Origin: Lingula anatina
Lineage: Eukaryota > Animalia > Brachiopoda
Reading direction: 5' to 3'
DNA: 64,000 nt
NCBI GenBank assembly: GCA_051362555.1
Contig: CM120643.1
Location: 18,294,848 to 18,358,847, forward strand
Shown here: piece by piece, positions 1 through 14,112 of the stretch
Layout: the number at the start of each line of letters is the position of its first letter
Numbering within the stretch: the stretch's first letter is position 1
Notes under the pieces: model-generated
What the model was told of the DNA's origin: nothing
Databases searched by the model: none
The model's input: the letters and a program-made list of their open reading frames with translations, nothing else
Made by a program: the position numbers and the translations under genes

Positions 1-260
1 CCAATGAGATCTCCGGGGATCCATCTTGGAATCTTGTAATACCTCAAAATATGGATGAAAGGCAGGTGATGCATGATAAACTTCTTTGCTGTGCAGCTGC
101 ATCTTGATATAAGCGCTTTCTTTAGGCGTGTTTTCATAGGCGTGGGGAGAGTCCCTGTGAACCCATGGGTTTCATCAAACACTTCTTGTCGATAGATGGC
201 GCGGTCGACTTTATATACCTCCCCATTATCCGAAGACATCGTATTGTTACGCTGTCGCAT
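1..260 (-). CDS. SLC26-family (prestin/pendrin-like) anion transporter, N-terminal coding exon, partial (continues off window start)
   Basis: Manual minus-strand translation from ATG at 260: MRQRNNTMSSDNGEVYKVDRAIYRQEVFDETHGFTGTLPTPMKTRLKKALISRCSCTAKKFIMHHLPFIHILRYYKIPRWIPGDLIG. It is open to base 1 and matches the SLC26 N-terminal pattern (V-x-R-x-I/V-Y/F..., CSC..K, P...L..Y.....GDL.G). A polypyrimidine acceptor ttgttttcattattttag precedes it (exon starts at 282; the frame is also open from 282). Not in the ORF track because it has no stop in the window. Confidence 0.85.
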   Translation of the reverse strand, partial: MRQRNNTMSSDNGEVYKVDRAIYRQEVFDETHGFTGTLPTPMKTRLKKALISRCSCTAKKFIMHHLPFIHILRYYKIPRWIPGDLI

Positions 261-1141
261 CTCTATTGGCGGCTGACTTTGACTAAAATAATGAAAACAA
301 ATGATACAAACACACAAAAGATTTTTTCGGTAGTCCATTAGAGGAAATAGAGGGTAAAAATCTTATCCCGCCCAATATCTTCATCAAATCCAGTAGGCCT
401 ATACGCTAATTGTAAAAGAATAATGTATCAAAATAAGCTTCACATTCCATAAATACCATTACGGCATCTTTCTTATGACATATAAAACACTGTGGTCAAA
501 TCGGCTGTTTCTGCCTATACATGTACGCATATATATTATATGCCTACATGCTTACATATGTATACCTATAAAAGTTAAAAGAACATTCGAATACGTCGCT
601 GAATGGTTTGTAAATTGTAGCATAATAGAGTTTAAGCAACAATTATTTTGTCCCCTGTTGCCTTTTAATCTTAAGTGACCAACCCAGGGAACTTTTTTCA
701 GTACTATTTAAGATGTAAAGGTTCGTGGTGTGAAATGAACATGGATGCCCTGATGAATATCTGCTTCTTTGTGGTGATGTAAGACAACAAAGCAATAAAT
801 AACGATAAAATTGTTTGACCTAACCGTGCACTTAGACAAACATTAATCTGAGGGCACACAAGCATTTGTAAAAGTTGAATGAGAACAACCACAAGGTTTC
901 CATTCGTTTAATCTGGTAAATTGAAACAAAATGAATAAAAAAAATAGGCACTCTTAATATTTGTTGTCATTCTTGCATGCATGCACTTGGACCATGGCCA
1001 AGTTAGGATTTTCAAGGTTCACTGGATTCAAGACTATTTTTTTTTTGTCACAAGAGTCCTCGTGAATTCAAATATGGCGTTCAACCATAAAAAAAGCCGG
1101 TATTGAAAAAAAAACATATTAATACACTTAATCCCTTTTTA

Positions 1142-1142
<1 letters not shown>

Positions 1143-1197
<55 letters not shown>
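1143..1197. repeat. (TTA)n microsatellite
   Basis: Perfect trinucleotide run. Confidence 0.97.
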
Positions 1198-4100
1198 CTT
1201 TGGATAGGTGTGGCATTCAACACGCATTAACTCTTCGGAAGCTAAGGAATCTACAACTGTGACCTTCAAAAGCTGAAGACCTTGACCTATCTGACCACTC
1301 CGCCCACCCAGGGCAGTAGAAAACAAATGACATGCATGATTTATTTTGTTAGGGAATGTTTTCAAAATATACATGATAATATACATTTGTATACAGTTAT
1401 ACTGAATTATATGATAATAGGTATCTAATACACATTTAAATTTCAGTAATGTACATGTATAATAATCTCAAGAAAGAATATTTTCACTGTAAAATAATCG
1501 GCGGAACGTAATTTTGCTTAAATTCAGTATATGCATTCAGTTGCTATATATTTTAAATAGTATATGTGTTCAGTTGCTATATTATTTGAATAAATATTTG
1601 GTACGCCAAACAATAACCAAAACGGATGTCAATATATTCTAGCAGCATTAATACCTCTTGACTAAAATGCTTGGAAGGAATATATATTACAGTAATACAA
1701 AACCTTACACAGACGAACATTAAATTTGATTAGAAGTTAAGTACCTGATCCAAAATTCAATCTTGTTGCCCGTATTCGTTTATATTATATTTCAACGGTT
1801 TTTGTAGGGAAGTTCTTTTTAAATAATCCAAGAAAAAACGGTCGTACTAGGACTCCATTAGCAGTACGAAAACTGCATTATGATTTTAAAAAAAAGACAA
1901 AAAATTCATTGCCTAATTTTTAGGTCTTGTAAGTAGGCTTCTACAGCAATTTGCTATCGTCGCGGCAACGCATTTTACTATGTCCGTTGACAGTAGCTCA
2001 TTTATATATGTCAAATAAATTTATTACGGGTCAGTGGTTGGTAAAACCCTCCTAGATCAATAAACTAACGTCGACTTTGTCCAAAAAAACACACCTACAT
2101 GTACATCTACACTTACAAAACCTTGAATTAACGACAATCAAGCATAACAACGAATGCTCAAAAACCAGCACATTGGACTGCACAAGTCGAAGGGAGTTTG
2201 CAATCAAGCACAGAAAATCAATTATGATTTATTACTAATTATACTTAAATAGTTAATTCATACAACCAATTTTCGGCCTTGCAGCACAAACAGCAAGTTG
2301 CCTTGCAGATGTTGTTCTACAGTTTGAACCGCTTGGAATAGGAAAACTATACATTAAACTCCCTTTTCAACAATTTTATATTTAACCACTCTGAAATAGA
2401 GAAATAATGTTTCAAATGATATGGAGACAACGCTTTTACTGTTTACGTCCCAAAAAAGTGGAACCAACCACCTTTTTTTATATTAGAACTGAAAGTGATT
2501 CACCGTTTTAAACTCTCTCTAAAAACTCACATTTAAGTAGATTTTGAAATTGATGTTTTTGAATTTTTAAACCTAGTTTGTCTCTTTTTAGTATTAATTT
2601 AAAGAATATTATATTATATACCCGTAAAACCCTGTAAAATGTTTCATAATCGAATGCGCTGTATAAGAATTTTTTTTATAATTGTTATTGTGACGTGTCA
2701 ATACTCGATGTGCCTCAAGACATGCGCAATTTTCGTTATCCAAACCTAGTTGCATTTACGGTATACTCGCAGAAATTAATATACGTAAAGCAAAAAAAGC
2801 CAACCCTGACAACAATGACAACAATTGTTTATGGTCGTCAATTTTTATAATGTGCACTACAACGTGCGATACTGCTGTCGGCTATTACTTCCCAGAGAGA
2901 GATTAAAAATACAAATACAATTTATAACCCCGAATAAGGAAATAAAAAGCATGGATATCATTAATACAGACAGATACATACAACTGAAAAGCAAATACCA
3001 TGTGGATACCAGTGGCATATGGTGCCATATTGTTTTTGCAGGGACTAATGTTACTTTTATTACGCTCACTGAACATATGCAGCGGCTTCCCAACATTTTC
3101 CAACATGGTCTCACGACTTCCCGATACGCATCATAAAACATACGCGGCAGTGATGTAAAATGATCAAAAACATGTCGAATACTTTTACCCTATATAGTTC
3201 GTGAAATGAATTGAGTCATCAGTTTCTCAACCTTTGAGCGATCACTACAAGATGACAACGTAAGGCTCTGATCTAACAGAACTCTCAACGTACATGAAAA
3301 CACAAATGACATTCAAGTACATGTAGGTTTGCAAAAAGGTTGGAGGGCCATAAAATAAGAGCATAAATTTCATGGTCTACAGACTTGCCTAGCTGGGCCA
3401 GATGTAAAAGTGGACAAAAATGATTTATCTGCAACCACAGAGCAAGGCGTTACAGTAATCAAGTCTTGAAGATACTAGGAAATAGACTACAGTGGTAGTC
3501 AGTTAGATTGTTGCGCAGAGTGCTGTTGTTTCTTATATGATGCATGGTTTGGTTTACATTGGCTATTTGTTATCCATCGTTAAGGTAGTATCAAAGTAAA
3601 CAAATTTTTGCATGGGGTAAAGCCTTACTAATGAAGATCCACTTTGTACAGATATCCTTTCAGCTAAGTGTTTATAGCGTGGTTGGATGATTACCATAAA
3701 TTCTGCTTTACTATCATTCCTATTCCATTTTTATTTTCTTTTGATCATCAAAACGTACAAAGTACGAATGAACCTTTTCCACTAACAAACAGATGAACAA
3801 ACAAATTAGAGCCGATGAAACTTCAATGGCGATGGTATCAAAATATCAAGAAAAAATAACAGCGATGATAAATACAGATAATACAATTAAAGAACGTCTA
3901 ATTATTAAAACTTCAAATTAAAATAAGTTCAGAGAATTTTTATAATTAACGTGCATTACTGAAAAAACTTAACAAAAAATTCTCACAATGGTGAAAATTT
4001 TTTGCCAAAATTCGATCTCCAAGCGTCAGCAAGTTGAAACAAAGGTTTTGCGAGAACAATTTATGAACATTTTGGTGAACAAAACAAGTAACTAATTTTC

Positions 4101-4590
4101 CTGGCTTCTTCAACAACTTAAATTATGCCCCTTCACATTTTGTAGTTGAAACCGAATGACACGCACAGTAGTTTTAAGAGTACTAAACTGTACAAAACAC
4201 TATGGGGTTTATCTAAAAAATGAAAATGGACAGCATATAATGAGCTTGAAAAATACAGTACTTATAAAGGAAAACAAACATTGGTCATTTGCCACGTACG
4301 GGACCCTATGTGCATTTATATTCCGACCTGTATACATGTGCTATATTACCTTTCATAAGCTCAGTTGGTTATAATTACACATATTTTCCTAAGTCGACTT
4401 TATCTATCCCTTTACAATATTCACGTTCTCTGTTATCTCATTCAGTAATTTAGGTTGTACCGGACGCATTTTTATATCAAAACATCTTATGATGAATATT
4501 GTAATCTTCTATTGTGCTTTACTTTTTCTTTCTTTGTCAAGTAAACGCACTCTGGCCAGGAAAGTAATAAATGACAATTATAAGCAGGCG

Positions 4591-4593
<3 letters not shown>

Positions 4594-4649
<56 letters not shown>
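4594..4649. repeat. (AT)n microsatellite
   Basis: Perfect dinucleotide run. Confidence 0.97.
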
Positions 4650-4652
<3 letters not shown>

Positions 4653-5725
4653 AAACCTGGAGATGTCGCATTATGGCTTACAACTGTTACTTGCTATTTC
4701 ATACACCTGCACCCGTGCTGTAGTTCTTAAACGATTAGGGTGCAGTAGAAAGCACTGACTGCAAATCTTTAAATTATTCACAGGAAAAAAATGATCGCTT
4801 TATTCTCTAATAATTTTATGAACTTGGTTTATGTTTGTTTCGCCAATGGTTTAATCAGCATAAAATGGGACGTTTGAATTTATGGGAGTAGTTTTATTAA
4901 TCAATAAACCAAGAATAAGGGCAATACATGTAAATATGAGACAAAAAATGTTTATTATTATTATTATTATCTTTAAGTTGCTTGCTTATTCTGCATATCA
5001 GCAGTTTTTCTCCAATTCGTATCTCACTCTGTCTATTTATTTATTGATTTATTTTTGATAATTATGTAAGCCCACTGTTACACATACTACATATTTCTGG
5101 GCTTATATTGCGATTTTGCAAGCCTTTTGTTCTATGGACCGACAGTTGCAAAAGCATTCGGTTGACATTTAATGTCTATCTGGGTCCAGCTTAATTGTGG
5201 ATTTATCGATTAATTAAAGGCTAAGCCTAGTCTTGTTTACCGGTAAACCCCTGTAGGTTTTGTTTAGTTTCTTTATCACCGAAATATTTTATTTATCTGC
5301 TTTGCTTTTATATCAGTTGCCATAATTCCTTGATTAAGATGGATCCAGATAGACATTAAATGTCAACCGAATTTATCTGCATTCTTCCACTAAACAGTTT
5401 TAAAAATAGCTATTATTATGAAACATTTTACTTTTCTTCTCTTGTCTCTGCGTCCAACTTTAAAACTGCTAGTTACCGAAATACAGGCATTAAAATACAT
5501 ATTGACATTGGTGTGAGAAATAAAAAAGTTCATCACGAATTCATTAAATGGTACATTTAGAAAGTTAATGTCCATGTATGAGTTAAATGGCATGTGCAAG
5601 AGAAGTATGCATTTATGATAAAGGATAAGGACCACTTCCCATGGGTCTACACGTGACAAATATATTATATGATAGGGCAATTATGGACAGTACAACCTGA
5701 GGATGGAGAAATAAGAAAACCTTAC

Positions 5726-5772
5726 CGTTCTGCAAAAAGGTAAGACAAACGCCATTGTCGTAAATCAGCCAT
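5726..5772 (-). CDS. Candidate upstream coding exon of the SLC26 gene (MADLRQWRLSYLFAE-R)
   Basis: ATG at 5772 and donor AACG|gtaagg after 5726. The 47 nt give phase 2, which joins in frame to the exon starting at 282 (CG+T CAA AGT CAG CCG...). No homology support. Confidence 0.25.
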
Positions 5773-7939
5773 TGGCAGTGTTCGTCGCGGATACTTCCAT
5801 TTAGTGTCAGTGAAAGCGATACCCCAATGCGGCCGTTAATGCCCTCAACGGTTCCAAGCAACGTTCGCTGCAGATGAAGAGCGTCATTATGTCTGGCAGA
5901 CTAAAAATGTTTTTCTTTTCTGAAATGAAATGGGTGACTAATTCGCAGCACGATAGGGTATCTCTTGAACAGTTACTGGTAGCTACGAAGCTATGTCTCA
6001 GAGTTTTGGAATGTCGTCATCCGGTCATTTAATAAAAACCCTCGAAACCCTATAATACAGCTGGCAGTGACGGGAAAGACGGGTACCTTGGCCGTATTGT
6101 GAAATACCCATGCAAATGGAAGTGGGATTGTCGGTTGTGACACGTGTTTTGCATGCAAACGACGCGATTGAAATGCTACTCCAGTTTACGCGTGTTACGG
6201 TTCCAAGTGCTTCACGCTGCAGCTACGCCTCGACCGACAATGTCAACTCTTGATTTTGCTAGGATTTCAATCAATCCGTGTTGGCAGCTTCCCTTGGTCG
6301 GCGATGCGATTACTAGCTGGGATCACGCGTGTAGAGTAGCCCAGCTCATGAGTGTTATTTGCACGCGTGGTTGAGCTCTCTTATATAAACGCGAAAACTA
6401 GCACCGATGCTTCAGTATTTATGCTACTTAGCCAAATATATCTACCACCTGCCAAGATGTGGGGAGATCTTATTTCCGTTGATGGGTCAAAATATGTAAA
6501 TTATTGCTCGTTGCATTTCTTCTACGGAAAGGCACATTCACGGCAAATTCGTGTGCACTGATTTATCTGATGCTGAACTTGGATATCTTCATCTAAAAAC
6601 AGGATATCTTAAGAAATTGGTATTTGTGCTCAGCGTCGCAGAATCATTTTTTCTCAAACATCCAGTATTTGGAACCTTGTATTACAAAACGCCCGCAAGT
6701 GGATACCGGAGAATCAAACCAAAGGATGACATCGCAAACCATAATGCACATGCAGTTGTCCCAAAACAGTTACTGAAACTCTTAAGTGAGAAGTTAATAC
6801 GTCAAGATGAAACACTTAATCAGTTAAGTGTTTATCACCAAATATGTTGAAATGGATTATTTTCGTAGAAACCCAACCTGCCATGCAGATGAGGCAATGA
6901 ATACCTGATGATGCTCTTGATAAAGTGATTTCTTCAGGAAGAATCCATAAACAGAGACGACGTAGATTTGGTGAAATGAAATGCCTCTTAACATAATACT
7001 CGACTACCGAAATAGGAATACAGATGTGTCTTAATGTGATTTTAAAATAATGCCAAAGGCAGATATTCTTCAAAATCCAATGGTTTTATAATTAGTCGAG
7101 TGACAACGTTCCTATGACAGACACTTCTTATTTCATAACACCCTTTTAAGTACATCGAAAAGGAATTCAGTTTCCCCACCGTGCCGTGATCAAACGCTTC
7201 CTTTTGGTTTAAAATACCCAAACTTCACATTGGTTCTACTGCATGTAGTGAGCTAGTGCTCTAAGGCATATTTTTACCGGTAAACACTCCGAGTGAACAA
7301 CATGAAATACGTTAGTCTTCGTCTAAAGTGTGAACAGTATTTCAGATCCGTGTAAGACAACTCCTATACTTTGCGTATGTGTCAAACAGAATAAATGTTT
7401 ACGGCTACACCCTCGTGCATGCTAGTATACTCAAGAAGGGGACATCTTTATATAATTGTGTCGGTTAACCGAACCAAACCGAACAAAGGCACGCTGAGGT
7501 GAAACATGCACTTCACTTATGACAGTTACAGTTGTGAAAACAGCGCTACTCGTTCGATGTCCAAAAAGAAGATCAACCAGCCATGGATATATCATGAGTG
7601 AAGAGGATATTCATGAGCAGTTATGCAGAACACGGTTTGCTTACTAATCCACATTAAGATCAAACCGGATTCCACAATTCGATTCTGATATATGTAATAT
7701 ATTTACTGGTAGGATTAGATGTTGGATACCGTTGTCGGTGACCAGCTAAGATCTGATAACTACCTACCTACCTACATACATACATACATGCATACATAAC
7801 AGTCTTCCAAATTACCTTTAATTCGTTGATCCATCATCCATTTTTGACCGTCTTTTGACAGAAAAGATTAGATGCCTGTCAGTGTCCACTTGAAAATTTC
7901 TGACCGGGAAAACCAAGAAGACGACTTTCTTCCGCCCTT

Positions 7940-7940
<1 letters not shown>

Positions 7941-7976
<36 letters not shown>

Positions 7977-7983
7977 ACACACA
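7941..7983. repeat. (CA)n microsatellite
   Basis: Dinucleotide run. Confidence 0.95.
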
Positions 7984-10900
7984 TTCATTCATGCCATGTC
8001 GATTAAACTCGGATTGAAACAAGCACTGTTCAGGTACGGCAATCAGTTACAAGACTAAATAAAAACGATAATGCATAGTTTTTAATACTTGGTGATAATT
8101 TTCACGTCCTTGTGGTATCACCCATTGATTCCAATTGTTGGTTGGCATTTCGTTTTCTATATCGCATAAAAACATTTTAAATCTACAATCAAATTACAGC
8201 ACAGAGAATATCTTAAAACAGGTTTACGCATTTTAATCAGTTTATCATAGATTGATGGGGCCATTGCGTTTACGACTGCACAGCAAATGCAATACCTTAC
8301 TGCCTTCTTTTGTGAAGCACATACAGCTTTGTTTTATGCCTTAGAGATTATTTTGAGGCACCTTAGTATTTTAGTATTTAAAAAATAACTGAGATTTAGC
8401 TCAGGTACCCTACTATCATGCTTTATTTTTCTCTTTTGCTACAAATTTCTGCTCAATCAAATATGCATGTTTTTTTATGTTGGCAAGGGAAAGGCATATA
8501 TGGATTGCACGTGACAACAGACGCAGCTGTTAAACCTCACTGGTTGACAGAAAGGACCAAGGTGTTATGAAATAACAGGCACTGTTATGGTGAAAGATGA
8601 AGTGGTGCAATCATGTCGATATTTTAAATTAAAACGTCCAGTATCAAGGTGGACACGCTAAAACATCACCTTTTTTATTTGAGATATTTTAAAGGATCGA
8701 GCTACACAACGCCATGCTGTTTGTTGTTGTAAACTGCCCATCTTTCTATGGAAGCAAGTGTGAATGGTCCTCCTCTGGGAACCGTAGTCCGTTCCACATT
8801 ACTTTGCACAGGTGACATTCGGCCCATATACTTAACCCAATACTCCGATTCACCCTTAACCTGTGCTTATCATATGGGTTCCGGTCTTTCATTCCTAGAA
8901 CTACCATTCCTGTCACACCGCTCGGAACAGAAATGACGTACGCACAACCATCCGCCCGGTAATATTCTTTGATGATTTATACATGAATTTGACTACTGCG
9001 AGCCATAGGATAACAAGTGGAAGATAGCTGTGTATAGAAACACGCAGACAAACACGAAGAATTCAGTAAAAATATGATAAATTTCTCAACCACGAATGAC
9101 CGCGATCACCTTGCCTTGGTTCTATTCATGTATGTCCAGGGTATCTTGCCGATACGACGCATTACCATAGAACCACTATGGGGTGCTGTTTAGATTTTTT
9201 TATTTACCTTCAGTACCCAATTCCCCCTTAATTTAACGCCTCAAGAACAATTCCAATGCTTGCCACAAATGCTATTAGCTGTAGCTACGCCTCTGGTTGC
9301 GCCTTGACCATTTGGACAACATGAAAGTTCGCCGCACCGCTTCAGTCCTCTTCAGCGCTACTTACTAAAAGGTCTACGTTACTGCATGACGAATGGATCC
9401 TATTGATATTTAAAGATGCTTGTCTTCCCTCGCGATTAACGCAATAGCCTTGAAGTGGCAGGGCACACAATACATCATTCAATTCTGATGGAGTTGAAAG
9501 GCATAGGCATTATTCAAATTCAGCAGTTCGTTCCAACCGCTGCCTGAACATTTTCTGTTCATATTTCTTTTGATGTTGTTCTTGTTATAAGTCATTGTCA
9601 GGTTTGGTCTGTGGCCGAGGTGTGACACAACTACAGGTAGGGATACATTGTAACAAGGTCTTATCTCCCGGACGCCCACAGTTAGCTTGTGTGGCAGTTG
9701 AAATATGGTTGCATTCTACGCGAGTTCTCCACTAAATATTTAACAGCGACTCAAATTTTGGATCTAAAATTTGATTGGTATAATTAGATTTAATTATTAA
9801 ATATAATTATTATGTGAATTCTGCTGAGGGTGGACAAATTGAATTTAAAAAAAAAAAAATACAACAACTTTAGGTCACCTAAGCGACGTAGCAAGACAGT
9901 AAAGGAACCCGGTATGATGACTGAGCATGCGCAACCAGCTCAACTTTGACCCAAGCACATTAGGGCCATTCTCTAAAAGATTATTTTGGTTTTGGTCCGT
10001 CCCGACTGACATTCATTGCTATCGGTCCCCATCATGAATACGACAAAATCTACAACTGAACTATGTTTTACAAATATGTGAATTGAAAACAATGAAGAAC
10101 GTGACTCATTACGTTACAATATGTGCAGCAACGAAGGAAATATCCCATACCAACCACCGCTCGTATAGTCATGCAAGTAACTGTTTATATACACTGATCA
10201 TTATATTGTCTGGATATAAGCTTTAGTGCCGTGGTTATAACATATATCGTTAGGTCATAACTACTGTGAAGATGAATCAAATTATAAATAAAATATCTCA
10301 ACGATATTTCTATTTCGACCTTCCAAGCCAGCTTGGTTTTCAAAATATTCAATTAAAAAACGCTAAATTTATATTTGTCGATAACAATTGCCCTACGATT
10401 TGCCTAGATGTTTCAAAACCATGCTTTGAAATGAGCGCAGACGCTCTGAACAAACATATCCCGCTTTCTCTCTTGCACATACTGGTAGTGAATATTTTCG
10501 GCATAGCACTTTGACAAAGAATTATGTCGTCAACCATTAACCCACGCCAGTGTCAAGCAGGTACCTTTATGTTAAGGTGCACGCATACGTACATACAAAT
10601 TATATATGGCGCTCAATCAAATGGTAAAAATAGTCAGAACGAATTTGAATAGTTACACAAAATTCTCCAAGTTTCTGATTCTTCTAAAGCCACACGCTTC
10701 AAGCCTGCCATCTATCGGTGTCGAAAGCAACTACGTGCGTGTATAGAGTGATAGAATTTGTTTCGATGACACATCGTTATACATAACTATATTTCTTATC
10801 TCTAAATATGCCCCTTATCAGTAATCACTTAAATAAACCAAGGTTAATAAAACTGACGTCCTCTATTAAAAAACTATTAAGTCTTCAACAAGGCATGATG

Positions 10901-12664
10901 GTGCTGTGACAATACATACCATGACTGACAGGTAATGAATAATTCAACAGTACGTTGCTGAACAAGCATTTTTTAATATGCCGATTAACTACAGGTACAA
11001 TCGTGCTCTCCGTTTCTTGTGGAGAAACACTAGATCGTTCATAGAGGATTTCAACTTATGGCATTTCCAAGCCGCTTTTTACTCAGGAACAGCGTCAGTT
11101 TCAGCATGACCAAACCGGCTGGGCTGGTTACTACAATTATCTGAACACGATTATTTTCACAAGTAATTATATGTGTAAGAAAAAGGGGAAACCATAGGTA
11201 ATTTCAAACAGCGTGGATAAAATAATTATATTAACAGGATGTAGGAGTCCATGTTCCTCCCTACCCAGGTTCTTTTAAAATTTCGCTTGTCACTGATGCA
11301 TGGAAGAGGGAATATAACAACGACCTCACATCTTCAGTTCCAAATCTTAAGTCCCTTTATTATGTACAAAATGCAGACTTTGTACACACGTTATCTAGAG
11401 GGAATCTATACGCATGCCACAGTGGCAGAAACTGATTTACATACTAATTGTTATGCAATAGTTAACAGGCGAGGGTTTCTAATTATCAGATTTAAGATAT
11501 GCATGTGTCTCAGGCAAACCTACACAGAATGATAAATATTCATGCGAGACTGAGGGAAAGTGAATGATAATATGTTGACTTAATATGATAATGTAGTATG
11601 TAAATGGGTGAGTCTTCCACACGCCTTCAAGGGACTTTAACAAGAATGCAGCAAGTTGTCTCTAGTCTAGTCTGGATTTCGGAGCCGTCAGGTGGACATT
11701 TTAAAATTCCATGCACTTAGCGAGTGAAATTCAAGTGCATTCTTATAGAGTTATTACTTCTAAGATGGGGTAGCACTGTCTGACACCGACACCCTACAAA
11801 GTTAAGAATTTCTCTTAAAAGGCTGGAAGAAGAAAAGATTATCGCCTTGAATTGCGCTTGTAGCATTCCTGGATAACGATGAGGAACTTTGTACCAAAAT
11901 ATCCGCGGGTTGTTTAATGTGTGATCGTTGCACTACCCGCGGCCGGGTGTTTTAAGCATTGTTTGTTTCCCCTTTAGACTGGGTGTGCTACTAAAAACAG
12001 CGTAACATACTAGTATATAAGACAGATCTATCAATTACATCTCTTTCCGTTCTGCATGGAGCCCAAAACCTGCGCTTTTGTCACCAGAGTCAACTACAAT
12101 TAAACTTGCCACGTGACTATCAAAATGACGTGCGTATTTATTTATTTGGAAATGACGACGCTGACACCAATCCTACCTGTTTGTGCATTTTACTCTACTC
12201 AAATTGCCCGGCCGTTATGCACCTAAGGAAGACAATTCTTATGCGTCGATCTCAAGTCTCAGAAATATTGTAAATCATTTCCTGTAAAAAGGCACATGTT
12301 TCAGTCTAATATTTCAGGCTACGCTATATAGCGTGCGTGATCCAAATTCATCTAAGCAAACTTCACTGGATGGTGTCTTCCCATCAATCTGACACCACGC
12401 TAACTGTCGAGAGCCTGAGTAACGTAATAGCATGTTCGAGGTAATACATGGAAATGCACAATCGATTTATTACTTCTTGCTTTTAAGCAATAGTGATACC
12501 ATTCTACGGGTTGGAATTAGAAACAGCGGGAGCGACCCGACCAAGGCCAATTTCAATGTCATCAGAGCTTTGTCTTGTCTTTGTCCGATGTCATTCATAA
12601 GCCAACTAATATGCGCTTTACAAGTAATTTTAAGTGCCCATTATTTGTTTTGTTTGTCCATACA

Positions 12665-13363
12665 CAGGCCTAACCAACTACCAGACTCGGCACCTAAGGA
12701 TTCTGAATTAACCGGTAAATCGGACCACACTACCCGTTTTCAAGGTGTGTGTCAGATCGCATATCGGAGTATCATACCCTAGAACAAATTTTGTAGGACG
12801 ACTGCGGGCTCATCCACGCTCGGCTGAACAACCTTAAACTGTACTCTTACTTTAGACCACAGTGGAAGTAAAGAACAGAAGACTCAGATGTGGTGTAACT
12901 CGCGTAACCACACTTCTCGCAAGAATGCGTTAATAACCCGCTAATGGACCCGTGGTCTAAATAAGATAGACCCCTCGTCAGACGAGGGGTCTATCTATTA
13001 CTTAGAGTACTCTATTTCATTGTCTCTATGGGGGTATATGGGGACTTTACGACATTCGGTTTGAATGTTTTAACCACTTTTGATAGGGCTTTTTTGCATT
13101 GTATTAGATTGATGTGGCAGTCTAAGGTTCATCTAGGTGGCTTTCAAATTTATGCCCTCGGTTTTAAAATCATATAGTGATTAAATACGACAGTCGTTTA
13201 CTATATAATCAAGGTGACAGCCGAGCGTGGGCTTATCCTGTCGGTGTTCTGACTGATACTCCGAAATGCGATCTGACACACACCTTGAAAACGGGTAGTG
13301 TGGTCCGATATACCGGTTAATTCTGGATCCTTAGGTGCCGAGTCTGGTAGTTGGTTAGGCCTG
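12665..13363. mobile_element. Non-autonomous TIR DNA transposon (MITE), CAGGCC termini, copy 1 (~700 bp)
   Basis: 110-bp TIRs (12665-12774 / 13254-13363) with 4 mismatches; 5-bp TSD ATACA (12660-12664 / 13364-13368); central perfect palindrome at 12964-12996; second family member at 21975-22342. Confidence 0.93.
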
Positions 13364-13966
13364 ATACATGTTACACCAATCCCTTCCCCCTTATCATTAT
13401 TTAACAAAATGTTCCTTACTTTGGTATAGATACAAAGATCGTTATTTATGCAGTAGCAAAACGTTTGTAAAGCTTACGTCAACCCGAAGAAAGGCCTTCA
13501 GACTCAGTACATGTTCTTAATAGATAATAAAACTACCTACCGTGTTCCCTCTAGTCGCCTTTCATAAAAGCCCTACATAAGAAAAAGCTTTTTGTTCGTG
13601 AACCTATTTAATAATGCTACCGCTTTGCAGTAGTTACATAACCGACTACCGGAATATAACGAGTGTAAGCACACTCTTTTATATATTATTTCTAATTTTA
13701 TTCTCATCTTATTTTATCCTGCTTAACTTTTTATCTAACTAACTTATTTATCTAACTATCTAACTATCTTTTCATTTATATCTCCGTTTTTTATGTCATA
13801 TACTGTTAAACAAGATTTAGAAAATGTCATAAATGAAAATTATCAAACACAAGCCGAAAAACTTTTATACCGTCAGCTTACGCTAAAGTTGGCCGTTGAT
13901 AATTTTTATTTATGATCCAACTACCAAGCTAATAAACATTGAGAAAATAGTTGTAAATAGCAATTT

Positions 13967-14112
13967 CCCTTAGCAAAATGAAAAGTTTGCGGCAATGAGT
14001 TTGCAGGAGTTTGCACGAAAATTTATTGCTGCTAATTTGTTGCCTTATTGCAAAGTTGCAAAAGGGAATTGCAGTTTGCAATTTGCAACTGGCCTCTATA
14101 TTTTGCTAAGGG
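13967..14112. mobile_element. Small MITE with CCC...GGG termini (CMC/EnSpm-like)
   Basis: 13-bp TIR CCCTTAGCAAAAT / ATTTTGCTAAGGG with TT on both flanks (possible 2-bp TSD); interior rich in repeated TTGCAA/TTGCA motifs. Confidence 0.65.

Noticed and set aside
13661-13676. Hairpin GAGTGT-AAGC-ACACTC followed by a T-run (terminator- or HINE-end-like)
   Set aside because: Bacterial-type terminators are irrelevant here and I found no matching subTIR to define an element
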